Shown piece by piece: positions 38,354 through 51,630 of a stretch of DNA of 64,000 nucleotides. Every line of letters begins with the position of its first letter. Within the stretch, counting starts at the first letter, position 1. Origin of the DNA: Guillardia theta CCMP2712 (Eukaryota; Protista; Cryptophyta); the NCBI RefSeq assembly GCF_000315625.1, contig NW_005434667.1, positions 921,061 through 985,060 of the forward strand. Direction: 5' to 3'. The notes beneath the pieces were generated by a model that searched no databases, was not told the DNA's origin, and saw nothing but the letters and a program-made list of their open reading frames with translations. Made by a program: the position numbers and the translations under genes.

Positions 38354-39336
38354 TCATGTCGTCTGCTGCGTTGCAACTAGGATGTAGTTGTTGCAGCCAT
38401 CAGGATGTACCCAGCGCGTCGAGAACTTGCGGGAGTATGCGGCCTTTACATCCGATCTTGCCTGTTCACTACCACCCAGTACATTCATGATTAAGTTCCC
38501 AGTAACTCGAGCAACGAGATCAACAAAGTCATGCGTGCAGAACTCTCTTGGAGGAGCATCCAAGGCCTCGTTGCTCGGAGCGTTCAGATCCACAAGAACC
38601 ACATCGAAGGATCCGACACTCCTGCGCAAGAAGCTGCTTCCGTCATCATGCTGTGCTGTCACCCTGTCGTTGAAGTGCTTCCTCCCGAGCCGCAGCACCG
38701 CAGGGTTGGAGTCCACAGCACATATCTCGAACCTCAACAATGTGCTCAAGAACGATGAAAGGGCCCCCGCTCCATGACCAAGGACGCAAACTTTCTTCAC
38801 CACAGTGGGAAGGCGGCACATCGCATCATACATCACTCGATGATACTGCAGCATGAGCCTAGTGGGATCCGGGGTCCCCTCCGCAGTAAGCGCCATTTCA
38901 GTTTGTATGTGATCGCTGACCAGCTCATGAGAAGTTTGATCGAGAGTGAAGAACCTCAGTCTTCTGACTCTTGCCCCATCCTCCCCTACCTCGTCGCTAA
39001 CCATGATTGGAGCATCCTGGTTCTCGGAATCGATCTCCACTACTGAGCCATGAAACCCCACGATAGAATTTTCCTCGCGAACATCCCTGTTCCTTTTCTT
39101 CTTCTGCTTCCTGGCTTGATCCTCGACATTACTGCGTTTCTCTCTATTTCGATGTTTCTTACCCTTCCCCTGATCCATTATGGTCATATCGAAGTCGCCC
39201 GTACAATCAAACATTCTTCCTGTTCTGGACCTTCGAGTTGGGCAGGCCTGCATAGTTCATCTTTTAACCGTCTTCCGACCACCATCAGCCTCCCAGAACT
39301 TTTCGCGTCCCTTTCCCTCCGCGCCCCTGACGCCAT
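38354..39336 (-). CDS. Class I SAM-dependent methyltransferase, spermidine-synthase-fold / METTL13 C-terminal-like
   Basis: RRLRF..IQTE, YHRVM, VCVLGHGAGALSSFL, AVDSNPAVLRLGRKHF, DDG, FDVVLVDL, APPREF. Confidence 0.85.
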
Positions 39337-39948
39337 GACCTCCTCGGATCTACTTTTACTCAAGTGCAAGGTAACAAAAAGAGCCTGAGTCCGCCTCAAA
39401 GGAGAGATAGGAAAAACAGAAGAGGCAGCGAGAACCGAGGACAAGGAGCAGTAGCGTTGAGACTGGAGTTTACTTTTACTCAATCATCTACACCCCTGGC
39501 CCCAGGGCCTCTAAAGGTGAGGGTCTCGCATCAAAGTTGACAACTTCTGCGGTCTTGGTTGACTAATCGTTGACCGGTTGAACTCCTGTACCCCTCCTCT
39601 TCCCCTGCCCCACCCTACCGTTGACCACCATCATCCGATCGGAACCCTTGGTGAATTATTGCTGACTATTGCGGGGCACCGTCTCCGAGGGGGTGGGTAC
39701 TTTCATCGGGAATCATGTGGGTGGGGGCACTCATCGGAGCATCACGTTCATTTTACAAGGGCATGTCACTACCCCACCCCTCTTCAAAAGGTCTGATTGG
39801 TGGGTCAAAGAAGTCTGTGACTACCAGTACTGTCGCCTATGAACCACCCCCTCTATCCAGCACCGAAAATGACCGTGTTGACCTACAAAGGGGATAACCC
39901 CTACCCTCCTTCCATAGCCTCCTCTGCAATCTGTCGGAGAGCGAAGCC

Positions 39949-42900
39949 ATGCTGCTCGGGGTCTTGCTATGCGCGGGGCTACTGGCCTCTGGCGTCCTGG
40001 GAGACTCCCCGACAATCTCGTACGGATCAAGCTCTGCTGGACTGATGGGCTCCGCGAGGCGACAAGTCTCCTCCTCTCTTTGCGAGCCCCCATCGGACTT
40101 GAAAATTGTCATTGGGAACCTGGTTGCTTCGAAGCCAAACATTGATGCGTGCTTGCAAAGATGTCTTCCAGATGTCTTGAGTCCTTTCTCACAATATGCT
40201 CTGAGTTCATTCACGGTTGCGACATACGTTTGCCCTGCTACAACTACACCACTGATAGCAACTCCTCCTCCTTCCCTTGCAAATTTCACTGGCAATCACA
40301 CAACCGCTGCCTTAGGATCAGTATCACCCACGAATTCTACAACAGCAGAAGCGACAACATCAACTACTCCTGCACCTGTGACTACATCAACTACTTCTGC
40401 ATCGCTTGGTTCAGTAGAGAATACAACCAGCATACAACAAACGACAATTGCTGCGACACCAACGGAAAATTACACCATCGTGACTGGCATTAATTCGACA
40501 GCTTCCAATACTAGCATTGCTGATACGACATCTTCTGCTCAAACAAGCACCACCGTGATTCCATCGACCAGCACTTCCCCTTTGACAACTAGCACAGTCG
40601 AAACGTCCACCCCCGCTCCAACCAACACCTCGGGCATTCCAGTGACAAGCAATTTCTCTATACCAAGCGTGACCCCGCCACCTTCGATATCCTTCACCGG
40701 AACATGCACGACATGTCCTGACTACTTGATACAATTCATGACTTGCATGTGTAGCAGTTGCTGCCAGACCGTCAAGGACACCTTTGACAAGATTGTGTTT
40801 CCTGCTTCCACTTTCTTGAGCTCCACGTGCATGAATGCGACTTGTTCCTACGTCCCTCCTTTGCTGCCAACGACTACTCCTATTCCTACTACTCCTCCAC
40901 CTGCAGCAGCGCTCTCTCCCGCTCTCAAAGCACAGGCCGATACAGCATCAGCTGTCGTCGGTGAGAACCCTTGTAGAGGACCATTTTCATGTGCTCACTC
41001 ACCCCATTGCAGCCGTGGTGGTGGCAGCGACTGTTGCGGGATCTGTGGCTGGTTCTGTAGCAGGTGAAAAGAGTTCGTGATCTCATCTCTCCTTGACATT
41101 TCGTGAAGGTGCGGTTGCCGGCTCCTCGGCTGCCCCTGCTCCTGGTGCATCGATCTATCAGCTCATCGGAGCGACGCAATTCATGGGATTGTTTGGAAGC
41201 ATGCTCGACGATACTCCAGTCCCCTCCAGCACAGCTCCACCTACCAACAATCGACGATTGCTTGCAACTGAACAAAAGCAAGAAAATGAAGGACAGGCCT
41301 TTAGCTCCGCCTTTGCTTGGGCAAACCTACGATTCGATGGCATCTTCAGTTTGAAGAAGGATACTTGTGCTGGTGCGTACATGCAAGGCTACTTCGGTGT
41401 GGCGGGGACGTTCATCGCCGGGCTAGGAGCAGCTCTCATCCTCCGCCTTATCTTGCTACATGGGGTCTCTCGGATCTTCCAAAACGTTTCTGGTGCGACT
41501 CCTGCGAAGCCGCCCAAGGGGATGGGCTTCGGCGAGCACGAGCTGCACGTGGTCAAGACTTCTCACCTCGGCCTTTGCCAGATCACAGGGATCCTCATGG
41601 CCATCGGCAAGTACGCCTACTGCCCTTGCGGTTGGCTCAACAAAGCTGCGTGGGCGATGGCCTTCATGTGGTTGATCAGCGTGCCAGCCGGATTTCTGGT
41701 CTTCATGGCTTGGTACATCATCAAGAGCAAGAGGAACAGCGACATCACGTTCAAGCGCAACGAAAACAGCTGCACATGGTCTGAATTCTTCGGCAAGGTG
41801 ATGGCAGCCAAAGGAACGGCAGAAGACTTCTGTGAGCCGAACGTGATCTACGCCTCTTTCAAGATTCTCTTTGGAGTTACCGGGGTTTTGTTTGTGCTGC
41901 TTGGTCTACGAGGAAGCTTGAGCGGCAATTACATAGAGTGCAATGCAAGCGCTCGCTGCACTTGTGTTGGGGATGAGTGCGCTTTGACCATCGTCTTCTG
42001 GATCCTCGGCGTCATTATCGCCTTTCTTCCACCCGCACTGAACACAAAGCTTGGACGACACTTTGTGATCTTCAATACGAACCTTGTCTCAGCAGCTGTT
42101 GGCAAGAAATATGTGATGGACAGCAACGGAGTTGTCGATGAGGTCAAGACAGGCGGTACAAACTGCCTCGCGCCGCTTTTAAATGTTCTGGGAGATCTCG
42201 TTGCCAAGTTGAACACCATGACAGATCCTCGTGTGCAAAAAGGCCTCCGAAATCGAGGCAAGTGGGAGAAGAAAGACAACTTCTCCATGTTCTACGAGGA
42301 GTACAACGAATATGGTGGATACTTCGCTTGCTTCGTCATGCTCAAGAACTTGTTCATCGGAATCCTGCTCGTCACTGATCCCTTCCCTCTGGTGGATCCG
42401 ACAGCCAAGGCTTGGTGCATCACTGTTCTCTTCCTGTCAGAGGTGATCATCTTGTTCTTCTTCTCTCCCGACATCGACGCAATCAACGGGCTCAAGATGG
42501 GAGTGCAGCAGCTGCAGCAGACGGTGATCATGCTGATCGCCACCCTGACTGTCAGTGGCAAGGTCAACAAAGACGTAGGAATCTCAGCTGTCATCACCTT
42601 CAGCACCATCCAAGTCGTGCTGGCCATGCCCGAGCAGATCTGGGGAGTGATTCGCTCCTTCGTTGCTCCTGCTGCTAAACCAGGGATGAAAGGATTTCCC
42701 ATGACAGCCACGGAGCTGAGGGCCAAGAAGCTTGCCTCGACAGGCATCATGCAGAAGTATCACCTGGCAAGAAGCTCCATATCCGACCTGAAACCCATCG
42801 GAAGCTCCCTCATGTCCGGTAAACTGCCGGCAGTCTTCACAGAGCTCTTCACCAACGACAAGCTACTGCTCAAACTCAACACCCTGAAGCCTGGCTGCCT

Positions 42901-44758
42901 CAACCCGTGAGTGATGGCGTGGAGGTGCCTTGAAAGTGACTCAGTCGTTTCAGGTTCTTCAAGCAGGTGTTCGATATGGACATGATAAGGGAAGGCCTCT
43001 CAACCATCGCTGAAGAAGTCACCCTCCTCTCAAGCCACATCAACCAGCTGCTGGAAGTTGAATGGGAATCAGCTTCGGACTTTCTTGTGGGCATTCAATC
43101 GTTCTTTGGGATAAAGAATTGTTTAGAGGGATTCACAAACGTCTTTCGTCATGTACTTCTCTTGTACTGCCATCTGTCACTTCTCTGACCTCTTTCTCTT
43201 CAGTTGACATCTGGCGACCTCAAAGTGGCGATGCAGGCTTGCCTGGAGTGTCCGGATCTGCTCGTGTCTCTTGAGTCCCTGGCGACTGAGAACGGGGTGA
43301 TCTCGTCCTTGGAGGAGATGCTCCGGAAGATCATGAAGCATCAGTCCATACAGAGCTGCTTGGCTGAGTTGGAGTCCAAGGTGCCCGAGCAGATCCTGCC
43401 GAGTTTCGATGCTCTCGCCGAGATCGACTGGGAAGCTTCAGGCATCATCTCAGAGTTCGCCGTCGTTTGCGGGAGCATCATGAACGACTTGAAGCTCTTG
43501 GAAGCTTCAGTCAAAGGGCAGATGGAGCTGGCCTTCTCCTTCCCTCGAGATATCTTCGCGCGACTTGACGGGAACATGGCCATTGACGCTTTGAAGACCG
43601 TCGCTCTCTCCATCCCTGCGCCCTTGGACCAGGCCTTCTCCAAGATGCTGGAGCTGCAGGCGCTTAAACCAGCCATCACTGAGCTTCTGGCAAAGGTACG
43701 AGAGCTGCGGTAGAGCATCATCGGGTGACTTTATCTTCCAGCTAAACGTCTCCGACTTCCTTGGAGCCATTACCGTCTTCTTCAAAGACCCCAAGGTCTT
43801 CGACCTTCTCGGTAAGTTCCTGCCCACGAACATGCTCGAGGAGGTCATCAAGAAAGTCTGGATGGACGAGACTATCCTAGCAAGGCTAAAGGCGATGAGC
43901 GCAAAATTTCCTGTCATCTCCCCAGAGCTCAACGCGCTGATCAAGTTGGACTTCCAAGCTCCAGATCTCCTCTCGACCTTCACAGCCAAGATGAGCGAGT
44001 TACAGCTGGCGATCATGAAGCCCGAGTTCAACATCCTCAACCAGATCTCCTTCCCTGGAGACCTCCTCTCCTCTCTCGACCCTCGAGTCATCGTGGGCTG
44101 CATCGGCCCCATCCTCATGCCCCTCGAGAAAATCTTCAAAGTCAAACTGCCAGATCACCTGCAAGACATGCTCAAGAATGTCGACGTGCCAGCCATTGAG
44201 CTCCCTAAGGCCCAACTCCCTGACTTCCAAGTTGTCATCAAGAAGATCATCGGGATGGTCTGAACTCCTTGCTCTCTCCTCCTCTCGCTGATATTTCTCC
44301 TTCAGATTGACCCGGAGCAGTTTACAGACATTCTCGATGAAATCAAGAATTCCCTTCCCGGCCCTGCTCAGGTTCGTTCCCCTGGACCGCCTCCTGCTCT
44401 CAATTCGATTGCTGAGCATGCGAGTGCAGGAGCTCATGGGGGGGGCCTTCACTGCCGCCAAAGAACTTTCCGCTCAGAAGCCAGAGGTACCTCAGATGGA
44501 CCGGGAGGCGCAAAACCTTCCAACCAAGGCCTGGTGGAGATACCCGGAGACTTGGGTGAGAAGTTCGACGTAGGAGCTCGGCAGAGTTGTGAGCTTTTTC
44601 TCAGTTCCTCAGCTTTATCGGACTCTGCGCCGCCATCACTCTGTTCATCATGGCTGCAATGGTGAGATAGAGCAAACCATGAGGTTTTTAGCATGAGACC
44701 CTAACGTATGGCGTGACAGGCTGCGTCCAGTGACTGTGGTTGCGTATGCAAGGCGTAG
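39949..44758 (+). CDS. Large cell-surface protein: signal peptide, mucin-like S/T stalk, multi-TM TRP_C-like region, long helical region, C-terminal TM
   Basis: MLLGVLLCAGLLASGVLG; T/S/P-rich region with many NxS/T sites; AVVAATVAGSVAG..IGATQFMGL..FAWANL; FYEEY...YFACFVMLKNLFIG; ends FLSFIGLCAAITLFIMAAM|AASSDCGCVCKA*. Confidence 0.8.
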
Positions 44759-45307
44759 AAGTTTCCATCATGTTTATTCATCGCACCTCAAGGAATCGCG
44801 AATGCAAACTGAAGTTTTTGGCTGACCAGGACGATGGGTGCTGGAAGTGGTGGAGGAATTAAAGTTGACAACTTGTATTCTTACTCTTTCATAATCAAGC
44901 TCTATTTGTGTTTGATTAAAAAATCTAGACCATGGACTTCAAGTTTCATCCACAATTTTTGATATGTCAATGGTGTATGTGATTTTCCACTGAGTGTCGT
45001 ATCTCTTCATCCTATCGGTCAGTGCGATCTCACACGAGCTAGAGATATCCGATGTCACTAGGCGCTGTCTTAATCAATATCCTACAACTGATTTGAATAA
45101 TAGCGCGGGGGAGATAAATAAGATGTTCTTGAGCAATCATTTGACAGATTGAACACACAGCTTGAAGTTGTTTCAACTTCTGGTAGATATAAATGACTTT
45201 GTCTTCCAAAACAAGAGACATTCTCATTGTCGTGTAATGAACTTTCATTCAAGACATGAGACATCACAATCATCGATGCATTGAGCAGACAACCAACTGG
45301 CCCTGCA

Positions 45308-46347
45308 TTAGTAGTAGACAATCTCCCTGACGGGGCGTTTCTCAAGGAACAGCTTCTGCGAAGGCCTCAACACGGGCCTGCGTGCCCAGTGCTGTGACGG
45401 GGTCGTTCCTACGCTGCAGTCCATCGGTCCCTTCGGCCCGCACCCGAAGCTGTTCTTCGTCTGGCCGCTGATGCCCATCCACATCCCGTACTGGCCCTGC
45501 GCCTCCATCAATGCCCTCCTAAACAACAATGCCCCCCTCGCATGCATCACATATCAGCATGAACACCCCCTGATATCCTCACACATACAGATTGATGGCG
45601 TGCGCTCAGGGGGATCTTGACCTATCTCATCTCACACATCTCCTCACCTTGGGTCCGAACGCGTCTGCTCCGTCCTTGGTGTTGTACTCCTCTGGGTGCT
45701 CACTGTCGGCAAAGACATCGTTCTTTGCTCCCTCAGGGAGCCCGTTCCACTCAAGGGTGGGGACAGTGTTCTCAGTGAAGAGAGGGCTCAACTGCTGCTT
45801 GATCGCCGACTGTCTCCTGCGAACAGCCCAGTGCTGTGACGGGGTCGTTCCTACGCTGCAGTCCATCGGTCCCTTCGGCCCGCACCCGAAGCTGTTCTTC
45901 GTCTGGCCGCTGATGCCCATCCACATCCCGTACTGGCCCTGCGCCTCTATCAATGCCCTCCTAAACAACAATGCCCCCCTCGCATGCATTACATATCAGC
46001 ATGAACACCCCCTGATATCCTCACACATACAGATTGATGGCGTGCGCTCAGGGGGATCTTGACCTATCTCATCTCACACATCTCCTCACCTTGGGTCCGA
46101 ACGCGTCTGCTCCGTCCTTGGTGTTGTACTCCTCTGGGTGCTCACTGTCGGCAAAGACATCGTTCTTTGCTCCCTCAGGGAGCCCGTTCCACTCAAGGGT
46201 GGGGACAGTGTTCTCAGTGAAGAGAGGGCTCAAGACGGTCTTTCTCGCATGCTTCACCATAACGCTGCTCACTCCTACAAGAAGCACAAGCGCCGAGAAA
46301 GCCGCGCATGCCGCAAGCAGCTGCGCCGCTCTCTTGCCGCTAGCCAT
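45308..46347 (-). CDS. Signal-anchored/secreted precursor with two identical about 86-aa cassettes
   Basis: MASGKRAAQLLAACAAFSALVLLVGVSSVMVKHARKTV-[LSPLFTEN...FGPK|GQYGMW...SQHWA]-VRRRQSAIKQQ-[same]-RRPVLRPSQKLFLEKRPVREIVYY*; two phase-0 GT-AG introns. Confidence 0.8.
45384..46233. repeat. Direct duplication, 408 bp x2, period 442 bp
   Basis: Copies at 45384-45791 and 45826-46233; only two substitutions seen, both intronic. Confidence 0.95.
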
Positions 46348-46747
46348 GGCGTCTCTTCGTGTATGAAGTTAACCAGGAAGGTGGTAGACCAGAACGAGGA
46401 ATTTCTAATCTGAGCAGTAAATAAATTAGTTTCGCAGGATAAATATCAAATCAGGTCCGCCTCATGAGATTACGAATGACAGAAATCGTAATTCATAATC
46501 TCAACTCTGCTGCCCCGAGAAGCTCTACACCTCTGTCGCAGCCGTCATGGTGTGGGAGAGGAGAAGGTGAAGGGATTGCGCGTCTTTGCTCGATAGTCTC
46601 CTCTGCCTAGTCGAAGATCTCTCAGCGTCTTCTTCTTCTCCTTCTTCTGCTCTTCTGCTCTCGTCTTGTTGACTACATTCAGAGTCTTTGCCCGGGACTG
46701 TTCTGAGAGAAACTCAGCTCCATCAGGCGCCATCGACACTTGCCAGC

Positions 46748-49700
46748 ATGTCGTCGCACTCCCGTGAGTTCATGGACCTTGTCCGAGCGATCGGAGACTG
46801 CAAGTCCAAGCAAGAAGAGGACAACATCATCCTCAAAGAGGTGGTGACTCTCAGGCAGCGGTTGACAGAGCGCGATTCACAGCAGAAGATGAGGGAGATG
46901 TGCATGAGAATGATGTACTGCGAGATGCTTGGCCACCGCGTAGAGTTCGGGTACATCCATGCTGTGAACATGACGCAGCGGACATCTCTCTCGGAGAAGA
47001 GAACCGGCTACCTCTCGGCGTCTCTCTTCTTGGATTCTGATAGCGAGCTGCTCATCCTCCTGGTCAACACGATTCAAAGGGACCTCAAGAGTCAAAACCC
47101 TTGGGAAATCTGCGCAGCTCTGAGCGCCGTCACTCGACTGATCGGGATCGACACGATCCCAGCTGTGCTCAAGCTCGTCAAGGACTGCATGTCCCACAAG
47201 GAGGCTCATGTGCGCAAGAAAGCGATCATGGCCTTGCACAGATTCTTGGAGATATCTCCTTCAGCCGTCGAGGACTGCATCGACGTCTTCAAGAGGTCTC
47301 TCAGTGATAGAGATCCGTCCGTGATGGGCGCTGGTCTTTGCGGCCTGTTGGACCTGGCGAAGAAAAATCCGGCGGGATATACCTCGATCGTACCATCGCT
47401 GGTTGTCATATTGAAGCAGATTGTAGAGCACAGGCTTCCGAGGGACTATGATTATCATCGCATGCCTGCTCCTTGGCTGCAAACGAAGATTCTCAAGCTG
47501 CTAGCAGTTCTTGGTCATGCAAACCAGAAGGTCTCGGAAGAGATGTACGAAGTGCTAAGAGAAACGATGGCGAGAGCCGATCTCAAAACTACTATAGGGT
47601 ACGCTGTCATCTTCGAGTGTATCAAGACAATCACCAAGATTTATCCGCAACCTCAGTTGCTCGCTCTTGCAGCAGAGAATACTTCGCTCTTCATCTCCAG
47701 CGAGAACAGGAATCTTCGGTACATCGGGGTGGATGCCTTGTCAGCCATAGTGCAAGTCAACATGGACTATGCCAAACAGCATCAGATGGTTGTGATTGAG
47801 TGCCTGGAAGACAATGATATCACTCTCAAGTACAAGACCTTGGATCTGCTCTTCCGTATGACCAACTCTGCAAACGTGGAGGTAGTGGTGTCAAGGATGA
47901 CCAACTTCCTCAAGGCAACATCAGATGACTTCTTGATCAAAGATCTTGTCTCGAAAATCATCGCCCTTGCTGAGAAGTATGCACCCTCGAACGAGTGGTA
48001 CATTCAGACCATGAACACTGTCTTCGAGCAAGGAGGAGATCTCGTTCCAGCCGAGGTCGCTCACAACTTGATGCGACTGGTTGCAGAGGGCCCGTCAGGC
48101 AGCGAGGAACAGGATAACGAACTGAGAAGATACGCGACGAAGAGTTATTTCAAGCTCCTTCCCAAGCAGAACACGTCAGACAGGCTGATTCAAGTTGGCT
48201 CCTGGTCGTTGGGTGAGTACGCGTACCTTCTTTCTCCGGAGATCACATTGAATGCTGTTGTGGACATGATGTGCGATCTGCTGCAAAGAAACTACTATCA
48301 AGACAGGAACACCAAGAGCTACATCGTGTCTGCCATTACCAAACTCGTTTCTCAGATGTCCGAGGGATGCCCGGAGAGCACCCGAGCCTTGATCGAGTCG
48401 TACACCCGAGCAAGAGATCCTGGCTTGCAGCAGCGAAGTCTGGAGCTGATGCAGCTGATGAAGAGTCCTGAGTTCATGCGACGAGTCCTTCCAGTCGATG
48501 CAAGCTGTGAAGACATCGAGGTTGAGGAAGGGCTTCCCTTCCTGGACTCGTTCGTTCAAGCTGCTGTCATATCGGGAGCCAGCAAGTACATGAGCGAGGC
48601 TGAACGTCGAAGAGCGTTTGGTACGCATGAGAAGACGGCCGTACAGCAGCACGCAGAGTCAAAGTTGAGGTTCGATGCCTACGAGAAGCCTCAAGTTCCG
48701 TCTGCCCCCCGTCTGCCCTCTGCAACCACCGTGACACAGCCTGTCCAACAGAGCCCCGTCATGCAGGCAGCTGAGACACCGCAAAGTGTTGACATGAACG
48801 CCCTCTTTGCTGGTCTCAGCTCGCAATCTTCAGTTCAGAGCTTGCAAGCTGCCCCTGCTGCTCCACCTTCTCAACCCCCGAGCTCCACCCCGATGATGAA
48901 TCTAGACCTCAGCTTGTCCGGCGAGGAAAAGCAGAGCGAACCAGCCTTGAATCTCTTGGGGAGGAAGGATGGAGGCAAGTGGGGATCGGGAGGATACTCT
49001 AAGGCCAATCCTGCCATGGCTCCCTCGTTTGCGCCCAGCAGCACCCCAGCAAACGACATCGCGAACAGACTTCACTCGATCTCAGCATCCGCTACTCTGC
49101 CTCCAGCCGCTGCTGTAAGGAAGGAGCCAGCGGTAGACACTCACAAGCAGCAGCTCGCAGCGTCGATCTTCGGTGGTCTGACTGAGGATCCTGCGCCGCG
49201 GGGGGAGAATCGAAGTGAGAAGAGTGCGAGGAGTTGCAGCAGAGAGATGACACTTTCTTGACAGGTGAGAACATGCTGAGCGATCTGCCCGACACGTCGA
49301 AGGATGCAGAGATCGCGCGCAGGCTGCAGCGGGAAGGATCCGACTTCCTGAGGATGTCAGAAATCATGAAAGAAGCCCCTCCGCAAGCCAAGAACGAGCT
49401 GCTAGACATTTTCTCGTCGGGGTCGAAGCCGGAGGTTGTGAATGCTGGGAAGCAGACTCAGGCGCTGGACAACATCTTCTCAACCCCGAGTGTGTCAAAG
49501 GAAGTCGATTTGCTCTCAATGCCGGCACAGAGCAGCGACTTGCTAGGGCCCGATCTGATCTCCACTGCTCCCACGTCGCACGTGGACGCCACGAGCATTT
49601 ACGGCGATGTCTCTCAGACTCTCAGCAGCATCTACAGCAGCAACCAGCCGGCAAGCATCTATGCTGCAAGCCCACCTGTTGCTGACCTTCTCTCTGGTCC

Positions 49701-51563
49701 TCCTCCTTCCAAGCCGAGCATGTTCGACGGCCTGAGCACGCAGCCATCTGTTGCCCCATCGCTACCTGCTGCCAATCAAACCAGCTCCTCCTCCATCTAC
49801 AGCTCGAACTTGATGGGCCCTCCCACTACCACTGCCCCCTCCTCCTCTGGTCTGTTCGGTCAGATGACGCTGGCAGAAAGCAGCACAAGAGCTCCAGCGA
49901 AGGAGATCAACAAGGCTCCGTCCAATGCTCCTCAATCAGGACCCTTCGACGATATTCTTGTATCCAAAGCCTCGCAGCCGAAAGTGAAGACGACGGTGAC
50001 GCCCAAGACTTCTCCTCCTCCTTCTCTTCTCTTGCAGATGGGGTTGCCGAGTGACTCCTACCTCTCCTCGATCCATCGAAGCTCCTCTGGTTAGATCCAA
50101 TACCTCCTCCTCCTTCTCCTCCTCCTCCTCCTCTTCCTCCTCCTCCTCCTCCTCTCCACACCCCTTCCATGTCCCTCTTGTGCTTCATCTGACCTGCTGC
50201 AGGCCTGGAAGTGAAGGCAATCTCCAAGTCAACGGGCGACAACCACGTCCTTCTGCTGACTCACTTCTGCAACCTCGGGGATGAAGATCTCAACGTGAGT
50301 AGCGCAGGAGCTCTCGGCAGCCCCTCCTGACCTCCCCGGCAGGTCGACGTCGCCTACCTCATCCCCAGCGGCCTCCACTGCTCATATGGAGGAGACCCGT
50401 AAGGCTGCGCTGCTGACTTCACCTCGTCCTCACCTGTCAAACTTTCAGGTATCCTGCGATCACAGGAGACGTGGCGACGCTGCCGATGCTCAAGTACGGT
50501 GCCGCGGCATCGCATCTCATAACCGTGATGGAGACACCAAAGACGGCAGATCCGAAGAATTTGGAGGTGAGGACAAGATGGAGGAAAGGAAGGCAGAGGA
50601 CTGAGACGGGGACTGCACGACGAGTGAGCAGGAGGAGGACGAAGTGACGACAAGAGAGGAGGAGGAGGAGGAAGGGGAAGGGAGAGGATGAGATTGAGGA
50701 TGGTTACAATAATCTGATTGCTTTCCTTCAGATTGGCTTTAAGTTGAAGATAAGCAAGAATGGTGTGCCCGAGGAAGAGATTGTCCAGGTAACTTGATTT
50801 CGAACACTCTTGCACGCTCATCTGCTCGTCTGCTCTCCTCCTGCTCGCTCGTTGTCCCCCCCCCCCCCAACCCCTCCTTCCCCCTCCTCTTCCGCCCCTC
50901 CTTTGACTCATGTCCCTGCTCTAAGGTTCCAATCAACTTGTTCTCCTACGCCTTGTTCCTCCAGCCCAAGGTAAGGACGGAGGGCTCGAGGAGGCAGCTC
51001 AAGTGTTGCTGCAGGTCATGTCCGAGCAAGAGTTCGGTGCCAGCTGGGCTCCACACAGGTTCTTGCTGGTGAAGAGCTGGGCTGGACTGACGTGATGGGC
51101 AGCTGCGAGCGGAAGTTCGACGGCGTGTTTCCTTCCATCAGCTCTCCGACCGTATTCGAAGAGCGAGTCCAAGCTCTTCTCAACGCCAAGGTGAGTGCGA
51201 GGAGGAAATAAAGGAGGGAGGAGGGAGGAGGGAGGAGGGAGGAGGGAGGAGGGAGGAGGGAGGAGGGAGGAGGGAGGAGGGAGGAGGGAGGAGGGAGGAG
51301 GGAGGAGTTGAGAGCACGAGTCGGTGGGTTTCTCACTCTACAAACTTCAGGTGGTCAAGATAATCGGCAATGAGATCATCAGCTGCGTTCAGCACTCGCT
51401 CTACGGCCTCTGCCTGATCCATGCGCGGCTAGGTGAAGCTTGTGGACTCTCCTCTCGTCATGACCTTCCTGCAGCCAACGGCAAAGTCTTCTTCATCCTC
51501 CGATCGACTGACATGTGGTACACCAACGTGATCGTCGACTTGATTGCCAAGTTCCTCCAGTAG
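46748..51563 (+). CDS. AP4E1: AP-4 complex subunit epsilon
   Basis: SREFMDLVRAIGDCKSKQEED, MYCEMLGH..FGYIHAV, EKRTGYL, HRLPRDYDYHRMPAPWLQ, LPVDASCEDIEV; long linker and appendage exons ending KFLQ*. Confidence 0.95.
51214..51305 (+). repeat. (GAGGGAG)n heptamer repeat in an AP4E intron
   Basis: Read directly. Confidence 0.9.
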
Positions 51564-51630
51564 CTAGAGGACACGACAGCTCGCATCGACCCATCTTCCC
51601 TTCCTGTAAACACTGCTCGCGGATTGCACT

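Noticed and set aside
45592-46366. Plus-strand duplicated ORFs, or an LTR pair
   Set aside because: Splice sites and the signal peptide are on the minus strand; the copies are only 34 bp apart, with no TG...CA ends or internal retroelement sequence.
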